The notes below the pieces were generated by a model. The model made no database searches. It was not told the origin of the DNA and worked only from the letters and a program-made list of their open reading frames with translations. A stretch of 64,000 nucleotides of DNA from an uncultured Lachnospiraceae bacterium (lineage in GTDB: Bacteria > Bacillota > Clostridia > Lachnospirales > Lachnospiraceae): the NCBI GenBank assembly GCA_964579655.1, contig CAZOGN010000001.1, forward strand, positions 36,097 through 100,096, given 5' to 3'. This document shows positions 8,681 through 17,843 of this stretch, in pieces (positions within the stretch are counted from its first letter, which is position 1; every line of letters begins with the position of its first letter). The position numbers and the translations under genes were made by a program.

Positions 8681-10945
8681 TTATAATCCTATATTTACTT
8701 CAAGCTCATATTCTAAATCCTCTAAAAACGCTTCACCCTTATCCCTATATTTTAACCATAACTTCTTATTTCCATAAGTATGGCGATATAAATTTAAAAA
8801 GTCCACCTTATTTTCTTTTGATATTTCCTCTATAAGTCCAACTATTTGATCATGAATATATTGATTACACTCTAACTTTATATCAATTCCTTTTTTATTA
8901 TTACTTAAACCCTTTTCTAAGTCTGCCTCTCCTTCTATTCTTAGAATCATAAAAGGTTTATTATTTTTCTCTTCAAATTCTATAGTCTTTTGTATCTGTT
9001 TTATTTTTAAAACATATTTCACATTTTCTAATTCATCTTCTATAAACAAACGACTATTATTACCAAAACCTCTTGCCAAATTTATATAATCATTCTCTTT
9101 TATATCAACTTCATATGCTACTAGTCCATTTTGGATATAACCTGCACCTTTTACTAAAATACTATCATCTTCTATTGTAATAAGAGGTAACTTAGCTACT
9201 AGATTACCTTCATTTTTGCTAAGCAATAGATTTTGAAGTTTAATCTCTTCTCTTCCATTGTTTATAACATTTATACGATAAAGTTGCTTTAGATAACCAC
9301 CTATACCCTCATCTAGTTTTGAATTAATTTTTATTATTTCATAAGCTGAAGATTCAGACATGAAAATCAAAGTATTTCTACTAATTTCATATCTATTTTC
9401 AATATAATCTAGGAATTCAAAGTATATATCTTTATTTTTTAATAACCCTCTTCCAAAAATAATTACTTCTAGGTGGCTAAAATCAATTTTTTTATTTCCT
9501 TCATTTAAATATTTTTCTTCAATTTGAAAAAAATCATTAGCAGTTATTACTGTAAGTAATTTTTCCTTAGAATCTTCATCACTGCTTCCTTGTTCTGTAT
9601 ATGATGCTAAATCAGGGGATGCAAGGCTAAGGCTTATTTGACCATCCTTATAATCTACGCCTATCGATTGAATAAAGTTTCTATCTTCTATTTCTGTCAT
9701 ATCACTACAAGCTGTTGACATAAGCAAGGTTGGTAATATCATAAGCAATACAATATTTTTTAAGACCTTATAATCTTTCTGATTCTTAATACCTTGAAAA
9801 TAATCTCTAACTTTTCCTATTATAAGCACAAGTAAGGGCAAAATAATTGAACCAGGTATTCCTATTATCATCATATATTTTTCAAAATACCAAAAATACA
9901 CTTCTGTATCTATAGGTATAATACAAGCTGCAAATAAAAGTATTATATATGGTAAAATCATATAGTTTTGAGAACGTAACCTTAATATTTGTTTACTTAT
10001 CATAAGAAGGTAATAAAAAAAACCACTAGTAAGAGTAAAAATACTTAGCATCCAAATCGAAATAATTAATGCATCATGTCGCTGTAAAAAACCACCTGGA
10101 AGATCAACAATTTGAATCATATTTATAGTTGACCATAGTTTTTGCTTTGTATCGTTTGTTCCAAGAATACCAACTGTCACAAGGTAAAGTAGTATGTCAA
10201 TAATTCCTGCTATGACTAAAGCATTTAATATATAATTTAAATTTTTATTTTTGAAAATTTTAAGTGTTTTTTCTTGCTTGTCATTGTACTTATGCTCTGG
10301 CTTACTTTTTACTGCTTCATCTTTAATAAAATGCATAGAAAAAATCATAAATTCTAAGGTGGAAAATGTAATGAAGATAGCATAGCCTCCGTAAATAATG
10401 CTAGTATTAGGTTCTGTATATAATGGTAATATATTTGCCATATCTACACTTTTTAATCCTATTAATAAAAATAATGCTATAGGAATTAATACAATAAAGT
10501 AAAGTAGTTCTGTTATTCTTGCCCTGACTTCAAATCCTTTGGATGCAGAATAAGCCGATATAAGTATTAACATTAGTATTATAAACCTAACATTAGTATC
10601 TTCTAGAAGAGTTTTGTTAATAACCTCAGCAAATAATCGTCCACAAAAAACTAAAGAGGCAAAATATTTAACAATATAAAATATTCCTATTATAAATGTG
10701 ACTAGGATTCCACTCTTTTCTTTTGAGTATTTCATAAGGTTTCCAGACATTTTTCTACTTATAAATCCTATAAAAGCAATATAAATTAAGGCAAAGATTA
10801 GACCTAAGATTATAGCTATTAAACCATCCCTAGCTGCAGTAGTTACTGCAATTCTTGGTATTATAAGTCCTGATATACTAAATATATTAAAGACTATTAA
10901 TCTTTTCATTTGTCTACGTGAGATTTTTTCATTATCTAAATACAT
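8681..10945 (-). CDS. Spore germination receptor B subunit (GerAB-type permease) fused in frame to C subunit (Ger(x)C lipoprotein)
   Basis: Residues 1 to about 390 form a multi-TM Spore_permease (KISRRQ start motif). Then comes KVLKNIVLLMILPTLLMSTAC, a signal-peptide-like segment with a lipobox Cys. It is followed by a Ger(x)C-like domain (EDRNFIQSIGVDY...). One uninterrupted 754-aa ORF. Confidence 0.75.
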   Translation of the reverse strand: MYLDNEKISRRQMKRLIVFNIFSISGLIIPRIAVTTAARDGLIAIILGLIFALIYIAFIGFISRKMSGNLMKYSKEKSGILVTFIIGIFYIVKYFASLVFCGRLFAEVINKTLLEDTNVRFIILMLILISAYSASKGFEVRARITELLYFIVLIPIALFLLIGLKSVDMANILPLYTEPNTSIIYGGYAIFITFSTLEFMIFSMHFIKDEAVKSKPEHKYNDKQEKTLKIFKNKNLNYILNALVIAGIIDILLYLVTVGILGTNDTKQKLWSTINMIQIVDLPGGFLQRHDALIISIWMLSIFTLTSGFFYYLLMISKQILRLRSQNYMILPYIILLFAACIIPIDTEVYFWYFEKYMMIIGIPGSIILPLLVLIIGKVRDYFQGIKNQKDYKVLKNIVLLMILPTLLMSTACSDMTEIEDRNFIQSIGVDYKDGQISLSLASPDLASYTEQGSSDEDSKEKLLTVITANDFFQIEEKYLNEGNKKIDFSHLEVIIFGRGLLKNKDIYFEFLDYIENRYEISRNTLIFMSESSAYEIIKINSKLDEGIGGYLKQLYRINVINNGREEIKLQNLLLSKNEGNLVAKLPLITIEDDSILVKGAGYIQNGLVAYEVDIKENDYINLARGFGNNSRLFIEDELENVKYVLKIKQIQKTIEFEEKNNKPFMILRIEGEADLEKGLSNNKKGIDIKLECNQYIHDQIVGLIEEISKENKVDFLNLYRHTYGNKKLWLKYRDKGEAFLEDLEYELEVNIGL

Positions 10946-10981
10946 GATTTACCATCCAGTTTGATTGTTTTCTTTCATTTG

Positions 10982-12520
10982 CTATTTGTTTTTATTATCT
11001 TTATACTCATAATTTCTCACTAAACGTACTCTTTCATCTTCTTTAGCAAAAGATGGTCGATTAGTCATCTTACGAATTGGAAAGCGAATTAAAGCATCTT
11101 TCCCGTCGTTAGAACCATTCAAGCCAGACGCAACATAAGGAGCAAGATATGGCACCCCAAAACTTCTTAGACCTGCTAAATGTATTAGTAGAAACATAAA
11201 ACTTAAAACAAATCCATATAAACCTAAAAATGCTGACAATATTATGCTGTAAAACCTTATTAGTCTAAAAGATGATGCAAATGCTTCATTTGGAATTGTA
11301 AAGGCGGAAATTGCTGTTAACGCTACTATTATAACCACCATTGGGCTTACTAAGTTGGCACTAACTGCAGCATCACCTATAACTAATCCACCTACTATTC
11401 CAAGCATACTGCCCATAGGTCCTGGAAGACGCACACCTGCTTCTAGTAACATCTCAAATGCAACTTCCATTATTACAACTTCAATTAAAACTGAAAATGG
11501 CACTCCTTCTCTAGCTGCAGCAAAGGACAATGCAAGTGCCGGTGAGATAAGTTCAGGTTGATAATTTACAACTGCTATATATAGACCTGGTAAAAACATA
11601 GTTAGAAATGAGCCTATATATCTTAAGATTCTCATAAGGGTTGCTATCTCCCACCTATTATAAGAATCATCTGAGGCTTGATAAAAGGAATTAAGTGTAG
11701 CAGGTACTATAAGTACTGTTGGTGAGTTGTCTACTATAATTACAACTCTTCCCTCAACAATAGCAGATGCAGCCTTATCAGGCCTTTCCGTTGCTTGAAT
11801 TTCAGGAAACGGGGAATTTTGATTATTTTCAATTAATTGTTCTAACATTCCGCTATCAAATATCCCATCAATTATATATTCATTAATTTTTTTTTCAATA
11901 TCTGCTATAATCTTAGGTTGAGCAACCCCATCTAAGTAGACCATAGCTACATCAGTGAGAGTCCTAGTTCCTACTATAAATTGTTTTATTTTCATATTGG
12001 CGTCTTTAACTCGTCTTCGAAGTAAAACCCGGTTCAAATAAAAAGCCTCTGTAAAACTTTCCTTAGATCCTCGAATAGCAACTTCATTTTCACTTTTTTG
12101 AATTCCTCTACTAGCCATTCCCCTTACTGAAACTCTAATTGCCTTATTATATCCATCTACAAAAATTATAGTATCTCCACCAAATATGAAGTTCATAGCA
12201 TCATCCATTGTTTTGGCTTCAGATACATCTGCGGAACGAAGTCCTTTATCTCTAATATATTCAAACTGATTAAACATAGGCATTTCATTCATTCCATGTA
12301 TTAAATATCTAAGGGTGTCCTCTTCTAATAAAGTTTTATCAACCATATTATCTATATAAACAAAATAAATATTGACTGTGTTTATCCCACCAATGGTAAA
12401 TCGTCTTTTAACAAAATCATCGCAGTCTTTTGTTAAGGCATCTACTATTTTAATAGTCTGATCTAAATTAATAGATATAGGTGCAGTTATTTTATTGTAT
12501 TTATCATGTAAAGGATCCAT
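10982..12520 (-). CDS. Spore germination receptor A subunit (GerAA family)
   Basis: GerA-family pattern: soluble N-domain plus C-terminal TM bundle (PATLNSFYQASDDSYNRWEIATLMRILRY...). GAGG RBS. Lies immediately upstream of the B/C gene. Confidence 0.85.
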   Translation of the reverse strand: MDPLHDKYNKITAPISINLDQTIKIVDALTKDCDDFVKRRFTIGGINTVNIYFVYIDNMVDKTLLEEDTLRYLIHGMNEMPMFNQFEYIRDKGLRSADVSEAKTMDDAMNFIFGGDTIIFVDGYNKAIRVSVRGMASRGIQKSENEVAIRGSKESFTEAFYLNRVLLRRRVKDANMKIKQFIVGTRTLTDVAMVYLDGVAQPKIIADIEKKINEYIIDGIFDSGMLEQLIENNQNSPFPEIQATERPDKAASAIVEGRVVIIVDNSPTVLIVPATLNSFYQASDDSYNRWEIATLMRILRYIGSFLTMFLPGLYIAVVNYQPELISPALALSFAAAREGVPFSVLIEVVIMEVAFEMLLEAGVRLPGPMGSMLGIVGGLVIGDAAVSANLVSPMVVIIVALTAISAFTIPNEAFASSFRLIRFYSIILSAFLGLYGFVLSFMFLLIHLAGLRSFGVPYLAPYVASGLNGSNDGKDALIRFPIRKMTNRPSFAKEDERVRLVRNYEYKDNKNK

Positions 12521-12620
12521 AAAAACCTCATTTCATATTATTTATATTGAAAATTATATATTTACATACTTTCACATTATGCCCATATTTTAAATTTTTA
12601 TTTAATGTACACACTTTTTT

Positions 12621-12693
12621 ATTAAACAAAAAACTCTATGCTATATATTGGAGCACGATTCATGGAAATCGTGCTCCAATATATAGCATAGAG
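12621..12693 (-). terminator. Rho-independent terminator after the yjfB-like gene; unusually long perfect stem
   Basis: Arms at 12634-12660 and 12667-12693 are perfectly complementary (27 bp) with a 6-nt loop. On the minus strand the stem is followed by TTTTTTGTTT. Confidence 0.6.
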
Positions 12694-12730
12694 CCTATAA
12701 TCTACAGATTTAAAGAAATAAATATAATCC

Positions 12731-12928
12731 CTACAAACTAATGTCTATATTGCCACCCAAGTAAGGGTTTATTGTTTGTTCCATAGTTTCCCTATTCAAT
12801 TCTAATACCTTTAGTAAATCTGCAACTTGACTTTCGGATGTTTCCATAGCCATCTTAATTACTGATATATTTGCTTGCTGGGCTACTTTTACTTGACTTA
12901 ATCCCATTGATAATGCTGCTATATCCAC
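12731..12928 (-). CDS. YjfB-family small protein (putative motility protein family)
   Basis: The MDIAALSMGLSQVKVAQQANISVIKMAM N-terminus is typical of YjfB. I prefer the GTG at 12928 (AAGGAG 9 nt upstream), because the ATG at 12937 abuts the RBS. Confidence 0.65.
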   Translation of the reverse strand: MDIAALSMGLSQVKVAQQANISVIKMAMETSESQVADLLKVLELNRETMEQTINPYLGGNIDISL

Positions 12929-12958
12929 AAAAATCATCTCCTTTACAAACTTAGAATA

Positions 12959-13621
12959 TTATTCTTCTTGTTCTTCCATTGTACTAGCAACTTCTGCCCC
13001 AGATTTTACTTTAAGCCTTTCTTTTAATTCTTTTTCAAAGTCTTTTCCAAACTTATCAGGATACTCCTTGGTAACTTCTTCTTTTACTTGTCCTTTAAAG
13101 TTTTCTATCTTATCTTGTCTTACAGATGGTAATTCTTCTAGAGACTCAAGACCAAAACATCTTAAAAATTCTTGAGTAGTTCCAAATAAAATAGGCCTGC
13201 CTGGTGCATCCATTCTTCCTAGCTCACAAACCAAATTATATTCGATTAATTTGTTTACACTATGATCACTGTTTACTCCCCTTATAGCTTCAATTTCTAC
13301 TTTAGTAACAGGTTGCTTATAAGCAATTATAGATAGTGTTTCTAGTACAACTTCTGTTAACTCATGCTTTTGGGGAACGTTAATTAAATTAATTATAGAT
13401 TCGTACATATCTGGCTTTGTACACATTTGAAAGGAATCGCCTATTTGGGTTATTTGTATACCCCTATCTTCATTATTATAAGTATCCATCATCCTATAAA
13501 TAATCTTCTTAGTCGTCTCTTTATCATGGTTAATTGTTTTTGCTATTCTATTTAAATCTACTGCTTCACCCATGGCAAAGAGTATGGCTTCAATAGTGGC
13601 CTTAATCCTGTTAATTTCCAT
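12959..13621 (-). CDS. scpB: Segregation and condensation protein B
   Basis: IEAILFAMGEAV...IAYKQPVTKVEIEAIRGVNSDHSVNKLIEYNLV wHTH repeats. Overlaps the scpA end by 11 nt. Confidence 0.85.
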   Translation of the reverse strand: MEINRIKATIEAILFAMGEAVDLNRIAKTINHDKETTKKIIYRMMDTYNNEDRGIQITQIGDSFQMCTKPDMYESIINLINVPQKHELTEVVLETLSIIAYKQPVTKVEIEAIRGVNSDHSVNKLIEYNLVCELGRMDAPGRPILFGTTQEFLRCFGLESLEELPSVRQDKIENFKGQVKEEVTKEYPDKFGKDFEKELKERLKVKSGAEVASTMEEQEE

Positions 13622-14399
13622 GTAGAACTGCCTCCGTTGGTTCTTTATTTATAAGCTTATCATTTACTCTTCTAATTATAAAATCATCAAATAATTTGCT
13701 TTGCTTAATTACAACTTGTCCACTTTTAGTAAGTTCCAATATTCCTAAAAAAACAACTATTAATTCAGGCTTAGAAATATGCTCTGATAACAAATCGGTA
13801 AATAAAAACTTTTTGTGATTAGATGCATACTTTATTATCTCTTTTAATTTATCTTCAACACTTATCTTTTCTTGCTTTATTTCACCAAACTTGCTTCTAA
13901 TGGGGTCTATTTTTTCTTCTTGTTTCTTTAAAAGAGATGAAAAAACCTTTTGTATGTTACTTAATGTTATATCACCTAGAACTTCTGATGGATCAATTTC
14001 CTCTTTATAATCATTAACCTCTTCTGGAATTGTTGATTCTTTGTATATGGTTTTTGATGCATCAAATTCTTTATCTTTTAAAAGATCCGATATATATTTA
14101 AACATCTTGTATTCCAATAGTCTCTCAACTAATTCATGCCTTGGATCTTCATCTAATTCGTCTTCTTCATCCTTAGGTAATAGCATCTTAGATTTTATGC
14201 TAATTAATTCACTAGCCAATACTAAAAATTCACTCATACTATCTAAATCACTATAGTCTACGTTCCGAATATACTCTATGTATTGTTCAGTTATTTCATT
14301 GATTGGAATATCGTAAATATTTACTTTGTTTTTATCTATTAGATGAAGTAATAAGTCTAGTGGCCCTTCAAATACTTCTAACTTAACTGATATACTCAT
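13611..14399 (-). CDS. scpA: Segregation and condensation protein A
   Basis: The FEGPLDLLLHLIDKNKVNIYDIPINEITEQY N-terminal motif is characteristic of ScpA. Adjacent to scpB. Confidence 0.85.
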   Translation of the reverse strand: MSISVKLEVFEGPLDLLLHLIDKNKVNIYDIPINEITEQYIEYIRNVDYSDLDSMSEFLVLASELISIKSKMLLPKDEEDELDEDPRHELVERLLEYKMFKYISDLLKDKEFDASKTIYKESTIPEEVNDYKEEIDPSEVLGDITLSNIQKVFSSLLKKQEEKIDPIRSKFGEIKQEKISVEDKLKEIIKYASNHKKFLFTDLLSEHISKPELIVVFLGILELTKSGQVVIKQSKLFDDFIIRRVNDKLINKEPTEAVLHGN

Positions 14400-14429
14400 A
14401 TTAACCTCTATCTTTTATGCATTTCTTTC

Positions 14430-15047
14430 TTATATTAAAGTGCTACCCATAATAAAAATATTCAAAATAAATATTGCTAAATTAGAAACAAATCCAAAAA
14501 TAACTGCTAAAATCAAAATCATCTTTATAAAATAATCATTACTAATAATTGAGTAATATTTTTCTGAAGATATTGATGCTACTAATAAACCCATGTCAAA
14601 TTTAGCTATTGGAAATAAATTCACAAGCAACATACCCATACTTACTGTTGCCATATATAAGAAAAAAGAAAATACCATACCAATTAATAAACTAACTTCA
14701 TTAATTTGACTTGTTCCATAATTTATATTCATAAAGTTTACTACTCCTATTGAAATAAAAAAAACAAAAAGTAAACTTGCATATCCTGTAATTGCTAGGG
14801 TCCTATTCATCTTTTTATTATTTAATCGATAAACATATGGCTTAGAAAAACCCGTTAAATTTGTAATGCAAAATATTAATCCTATTGGATCAATATATTG
14901 ATCTAAGGCAAAAATATTTCTTTTATTGGAATTATTGTGTATGTTATATAACTTTGTATATATAATTGATTTTGGTAGCTCATGTAATATCATTACTATT
15001 ACAGATGCTAATGCTAATAAAAATAATTGAATAAGTTGATTTAACAT
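14430..15047 (-). CDS. Site-2-protease (M50B)-like membrane protein with a degenerate metal site
   Basis: Layout matches small M50 proteins: a TM helix with HELPK where HExxH is expected, then DQYIDPIGL, later NLFPIAKFDMG (NxxPxxxxDG-like). The second His of HExxH is Lys. Confidence 0.5.
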   Translation of the reverse strand: MLNQLIQLFLLALASVIVMILHELPKSIIYTKLYNIHNNSNKRNIFALDQYIDPIGLIFCITNLTGFSKPYVYRLNNKKMNRTLAITGYASLLFVFFISIGVVNFMNINYGTSQINEVSLLIGMVFSFFLYMATVSMGMLLVNLFPIAKFDMGLLVASISSEKYYSIISNDYFIKMILILAVIFGFVSNLAIFILNIFIMGSTLI

Positions 15048-15052
15048 CAGTA

Positions 15053-15919
15053 TTAAAGCTCCCTTTCTAAAGTAATAGTCATTAATTCTGGCCTATTAAA
15101 AGCCCTTAGCTTTATTGTATGAGTTCCAAGTCCTCTAGAAATGAGCATGGTTTGCCCACCTTCTTCAAATCTTCCCGCATCATATTGGGGAAACAACTCA
15201 TACTGTGGAGAAATGACTCCTCCCAATATAGGTAGTCTTACAATTCCACCATGCATATGACCAGATAGAATTAGATCGGACCCAAAACTTATATATTCTT
15301 TAAAAAACAATGGATTATGTGCAACCACTATATTATAGCATTTATCATCTAGTTTTCCTAGTTTTTCTTCAAGATAATCTCTTGTCATCTTTTTTGCTCT
15401 TCTTTTTTTGAAGTACTCTAAATCTATAGCTAGTCCATTTATAATAATGCTTTCATCTTCTTTTATAATCTTTGCCGAATTATTGTTAAGTATATGGACA
15501 TCTAATTGCTTAAGTGTTTCTATATAATTTTCCCATCTATCATTGTAGTACCTTCCTTTTGGAATCATTCTCTGCTCATGATTACCAAAACCATAATAAA
15601 TTGTATATTTTGAGGCTAATTCTGTTAATAAGGAAAGTGCAACTTTAAAATCTTCCGTTCTTTTACCAACAATCATATCTCCAGCTATAATAATAAAGCT
15701 AGGATTGATCTTGTTAATTTCTTCTATTAAAAGTTGATTATTCTTAGCAAACAAGTTGTTATGTAAATCAGCTAAAACTAAAAAGGTTGTCCGAGAAAAT
15801 GTATAAGGAATTTTTTTAGAATTTATTGTATAATGGGTGACTTCAAGATTTGTGTTTTCAAACTTTACATACAATAAAAACACTATAATTACTATAAAAA
15901 ATATATAAAAATAAATCAT
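15053..15919 (-). CDS. Membrane-anchored metallophosphoesterase (calcineurin-like)
   Basis: DLHN, GDMIVG, GNHE and GHMHGG motifs, with an N-terminal TM helix. Confidence 0.8.
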   Translation of the reverse strand: MIYFYIFFIVIIVFLLYVKFENTNLEVTHYTINSKKIPYTFSRTTFLVLADLHNNLFAKNNQLLIEEINKINPSFIIIAGDMIVGKRTEDFKVALSLLTELASKYTIYYGFGNHEQRMIPKGRYYNDRWENYIETLKQLDVHILNNNSAKIIKEDESIIINGLAIDLEYFKKRRAKKMTRDYLEEKLGKLDDKCYNIVVAHNPLFFKEYISFGSDLILSGHMHGGIVRLPILGGVISPQYELFPQYDAGRFEEGGQTMLISRGLGTHTIKLRAFNRPELMTITLEREL

Positions 15920-16002
15920 CTTCTCTACTACCTTTCTTTTGTAATCATAATAACTTCTAATACATAAAAATATAACATATTAAAAATTATCTTACAATAT
16001 GC

Positions 16003-16051
16003 GAAGTGATTTGTTAGGCCTTAAGTAACAAATCACTTCTTGTAAGTGATT
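16003..16051 (-). terminator. Stem-loop immediately downstream of the carboxypeptidase gene (14-bp perfect stem, weak U tract), with an overlapping alternative 8-bp hairpin
   Basis: 16003-16016 pairs with 16026-16039. Alternatively, 16032-16039 pairs with 16044-16051. Confidence 0.4.
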
Positions 16052-16053
16052 GC

Positions 16054-17262
16054 TTAAATTATAAATTTATTAAATGCCTTATTTAAACAATCTTTTAATG
16101 TCGACTTCTCTATAGTCTCTCCTGCAACAATATCAACTTTACCTATGCTCTTATTGTTAATTAAATATTCTAGCTCTCCAACCTTATCATTTTCCTTAAT
16201 TGGAGCTTCAACTTTTTCTTCTAAATATATCTTTCTAGTTATATCCTCAGGATTTGTATCTCTGTCACACAAGTAAGAAAACTTATTATTAACCTTATAA
16301 TTTAATTCATCTTTTACTCCCCTAGAGACAGTAATTGGTTTCACTTCTAAGTTATCATTATTATCCACATATAATGTACAATTAGCAAATCCATAATCTA
16401 ACAACTTTGTAGCTTCATTAAAACGTTCTTTGGTGGTAGGTGATGCCATAACAACTGCAATTAAGTCCATACCATCACGTCTTGCTGTTGCAGATAGACA
16501 GTACTTAGCAAGCCCTGTAGAACCTGTTTTTAGGCCTGTAATACCTTTGTAAAATCGTACTAATCTATTAGTATTACTTAAACCAAACTCACTTTCTCCT
16601 TTTTTAGTTTTATGTATTATTGTATCCATCCATATGGTTGAATAATTGCTTATCTCTGGGAACCTGCTTATTAATTCTCTTGACATTAAGGCAACATCAT
16701 AAGCAGTTGAATAATGATTATCATCATCTAATCCATAACTATTAACAAAGTTTGTATTGTTCATACCTAATTCTTTAGCCCTAGTATTCATTCTTGCTAT
16801 AAATTCTTCTTCTGTTCCTGCAACATATTCGGCCATAGCTACAGATGCATCATTAGCGCTGACTACTGCAATACATTTTATCATAGTTTCAACAGTTTGC
16901 ACTTCATTTGGCTCAAGAAAAACTTGTGAACCACCAAGGGATGCAGCATGTTCACTAACTGTAACTTCATCATCAAGGGTAAATCTACCTTCGTCTAAAG
17001 CTTCGTAAATTAATAATAAGGTCATAATTTTTGTAATACTAGCTGGATGAAGCTGCTCATCCTTATTTTTTTCATAAATTATTTGGCCTGTTGAGCCTTC
17101 CATTAAGACAGCTGAGGTTGATTCTAATTTTAATGAATCATTTTCACTCTCAGATGTCTCATCTTGAGATAAATCTTCAGGACTTGCTTGTATATTCATG
17201 GGTTGAAGCACAATAACTAATAGTAAAAATAAGAGTAAATAAATACTTAATCTTTTTTTCAT
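16054..17262 (-). CDS. D-alanyl-D-alanine carboxypeptidase (S11; DacB/DacF-like), secreted
   Basis: Signal peptide, SxxK (ASITKIMT), SxN (VSANDAS) and KTG (GLKTGST), with a C-terminal PBP5_C-like beta domain. Confidence 0.85.
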   Translation of the reverse strand: MKKRLSIYLLLFLLLVIVLQPMNIQASPEDLSQDETSESENDSLKLESTSAVLMEGSTGQIIYEKNKDEQLHPASITKIMTLLLIYEALDEGRFTLDDEVTVSEHAASLGGSQVFLEPNEVQTVETMIKCIAVVSANDASVAMAEYVAGTEEEFIARMNTRAKELGMNNTNFVNSYGLDDDNHYSTAYDVALMSRELISRFPEISNYSTIWMDTIIHKTKKGESEFGLSNTNRLVRFYKGITGLKTGSTGLAKYCLSATARRDGMDLIAVVMASPTTKERFNEATKLLDYGFANCTLYVDNNDNLEVKPITVSRGVKDELNYKVNNKFSYLCDRDTNPEDITRKIYLEEKVEAPIKENDKVGELEYLINNKSIGKVDIVAGETIEKSTLKDCLNKAFNKFII

Positions 17263-17345
17263 GAACTCCTCACGTCCAATTTTCCTTATTACTATTTTAA
17301 TCTATAAAAATGATTTTTATACCAAATACAACTCTAAAAGATAAT

Positions 17346-17843
17346 TTATTCTACAATTACATAACATTTTATTTTTTTATCATATATCTCGCCTGTTATT
17401 ACTGCTTTACCCTTAGTAACTCCTTTAACTGTCCCAAACCTATTTACTTTGGCTATATTAGGTTTACTGCTAGACCATTTTACCAATTTTAAAATTCCTG
17501 GCCCCTTTATATCTAAATCTATTTTTTTATTTGTTTTTATTTTAATTTTATTCTTATTTATCTTATAGACTCTAACTCTACATTTAAGCTCCTGATTTTC
17601 ATATTTGACTCTTATATAGGTCTTTCCAGGTCTTAAGGCAATAACTGTTCCTAGGGGGGTTACAGGAGCAACTTTAATATCCATAGATGAAAACTTAACC
17701 CTTTTGTTTAGTTTTAATAATCTAAGCTTAAAAGTCTCCCCTTTAATCATGACTAAATCTTTTTCATTTAGTCTGTTTGAAAAGGGTTGAAATTCTTTTC
17801 TATAATTAATTGATGAGTTAGGAATAATTAAATACCAAATCAA
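17346..17843 (-). CDS. Bacterial Ig-like (Big_2) domain protein; the N-terminus is probably disrupted or slippage-dependent (see findings)
   Basis: Big_2-like repeats (GETFKLRLLKLNKRVKFSSMDIKVAPVTPLGTVIALRPGKTYIRV; KLVKWSSSKPNIAKVNRFGTVKGVTKGKAVITGEI). As called, the ORF starts at a TTG and has no usable signal peptide. Confidence 0.55.
   Translation of the reverse strand: MIWYLIIPNSSINYRKEFQPFSNRLNEKDLVMIKGETFKLRLLKLNKRVKFSSMDIKVAPVTPLGTVIALRPGKTYIRVKYENQELKCRVRVYKINKNKIKIKTNKKIDLDIKGPGILKLVKWSSSKPNIAKVNRFGTVKGVTKGKAVITGEIYDKKIKCYVIVE

Noticed and set aside
12521-12633. Sigma-G/sigma-F type forespore promoter for the gerA operon (GCATA-N17-TATATAA).
   Set aside because: The -10 lacks the CATxxTA core and alternative alignments are no better. 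The match is too weak to report as a feature without TSS data.
12547-12741. 64-aa plus-strand ORF in the yjfB-gerAA intergenic region.
   Set aside because: It reads straight through both arms of the 27-bp hairpin and has no RBS. The region is better explained as a terminator plus the gerA promoter.
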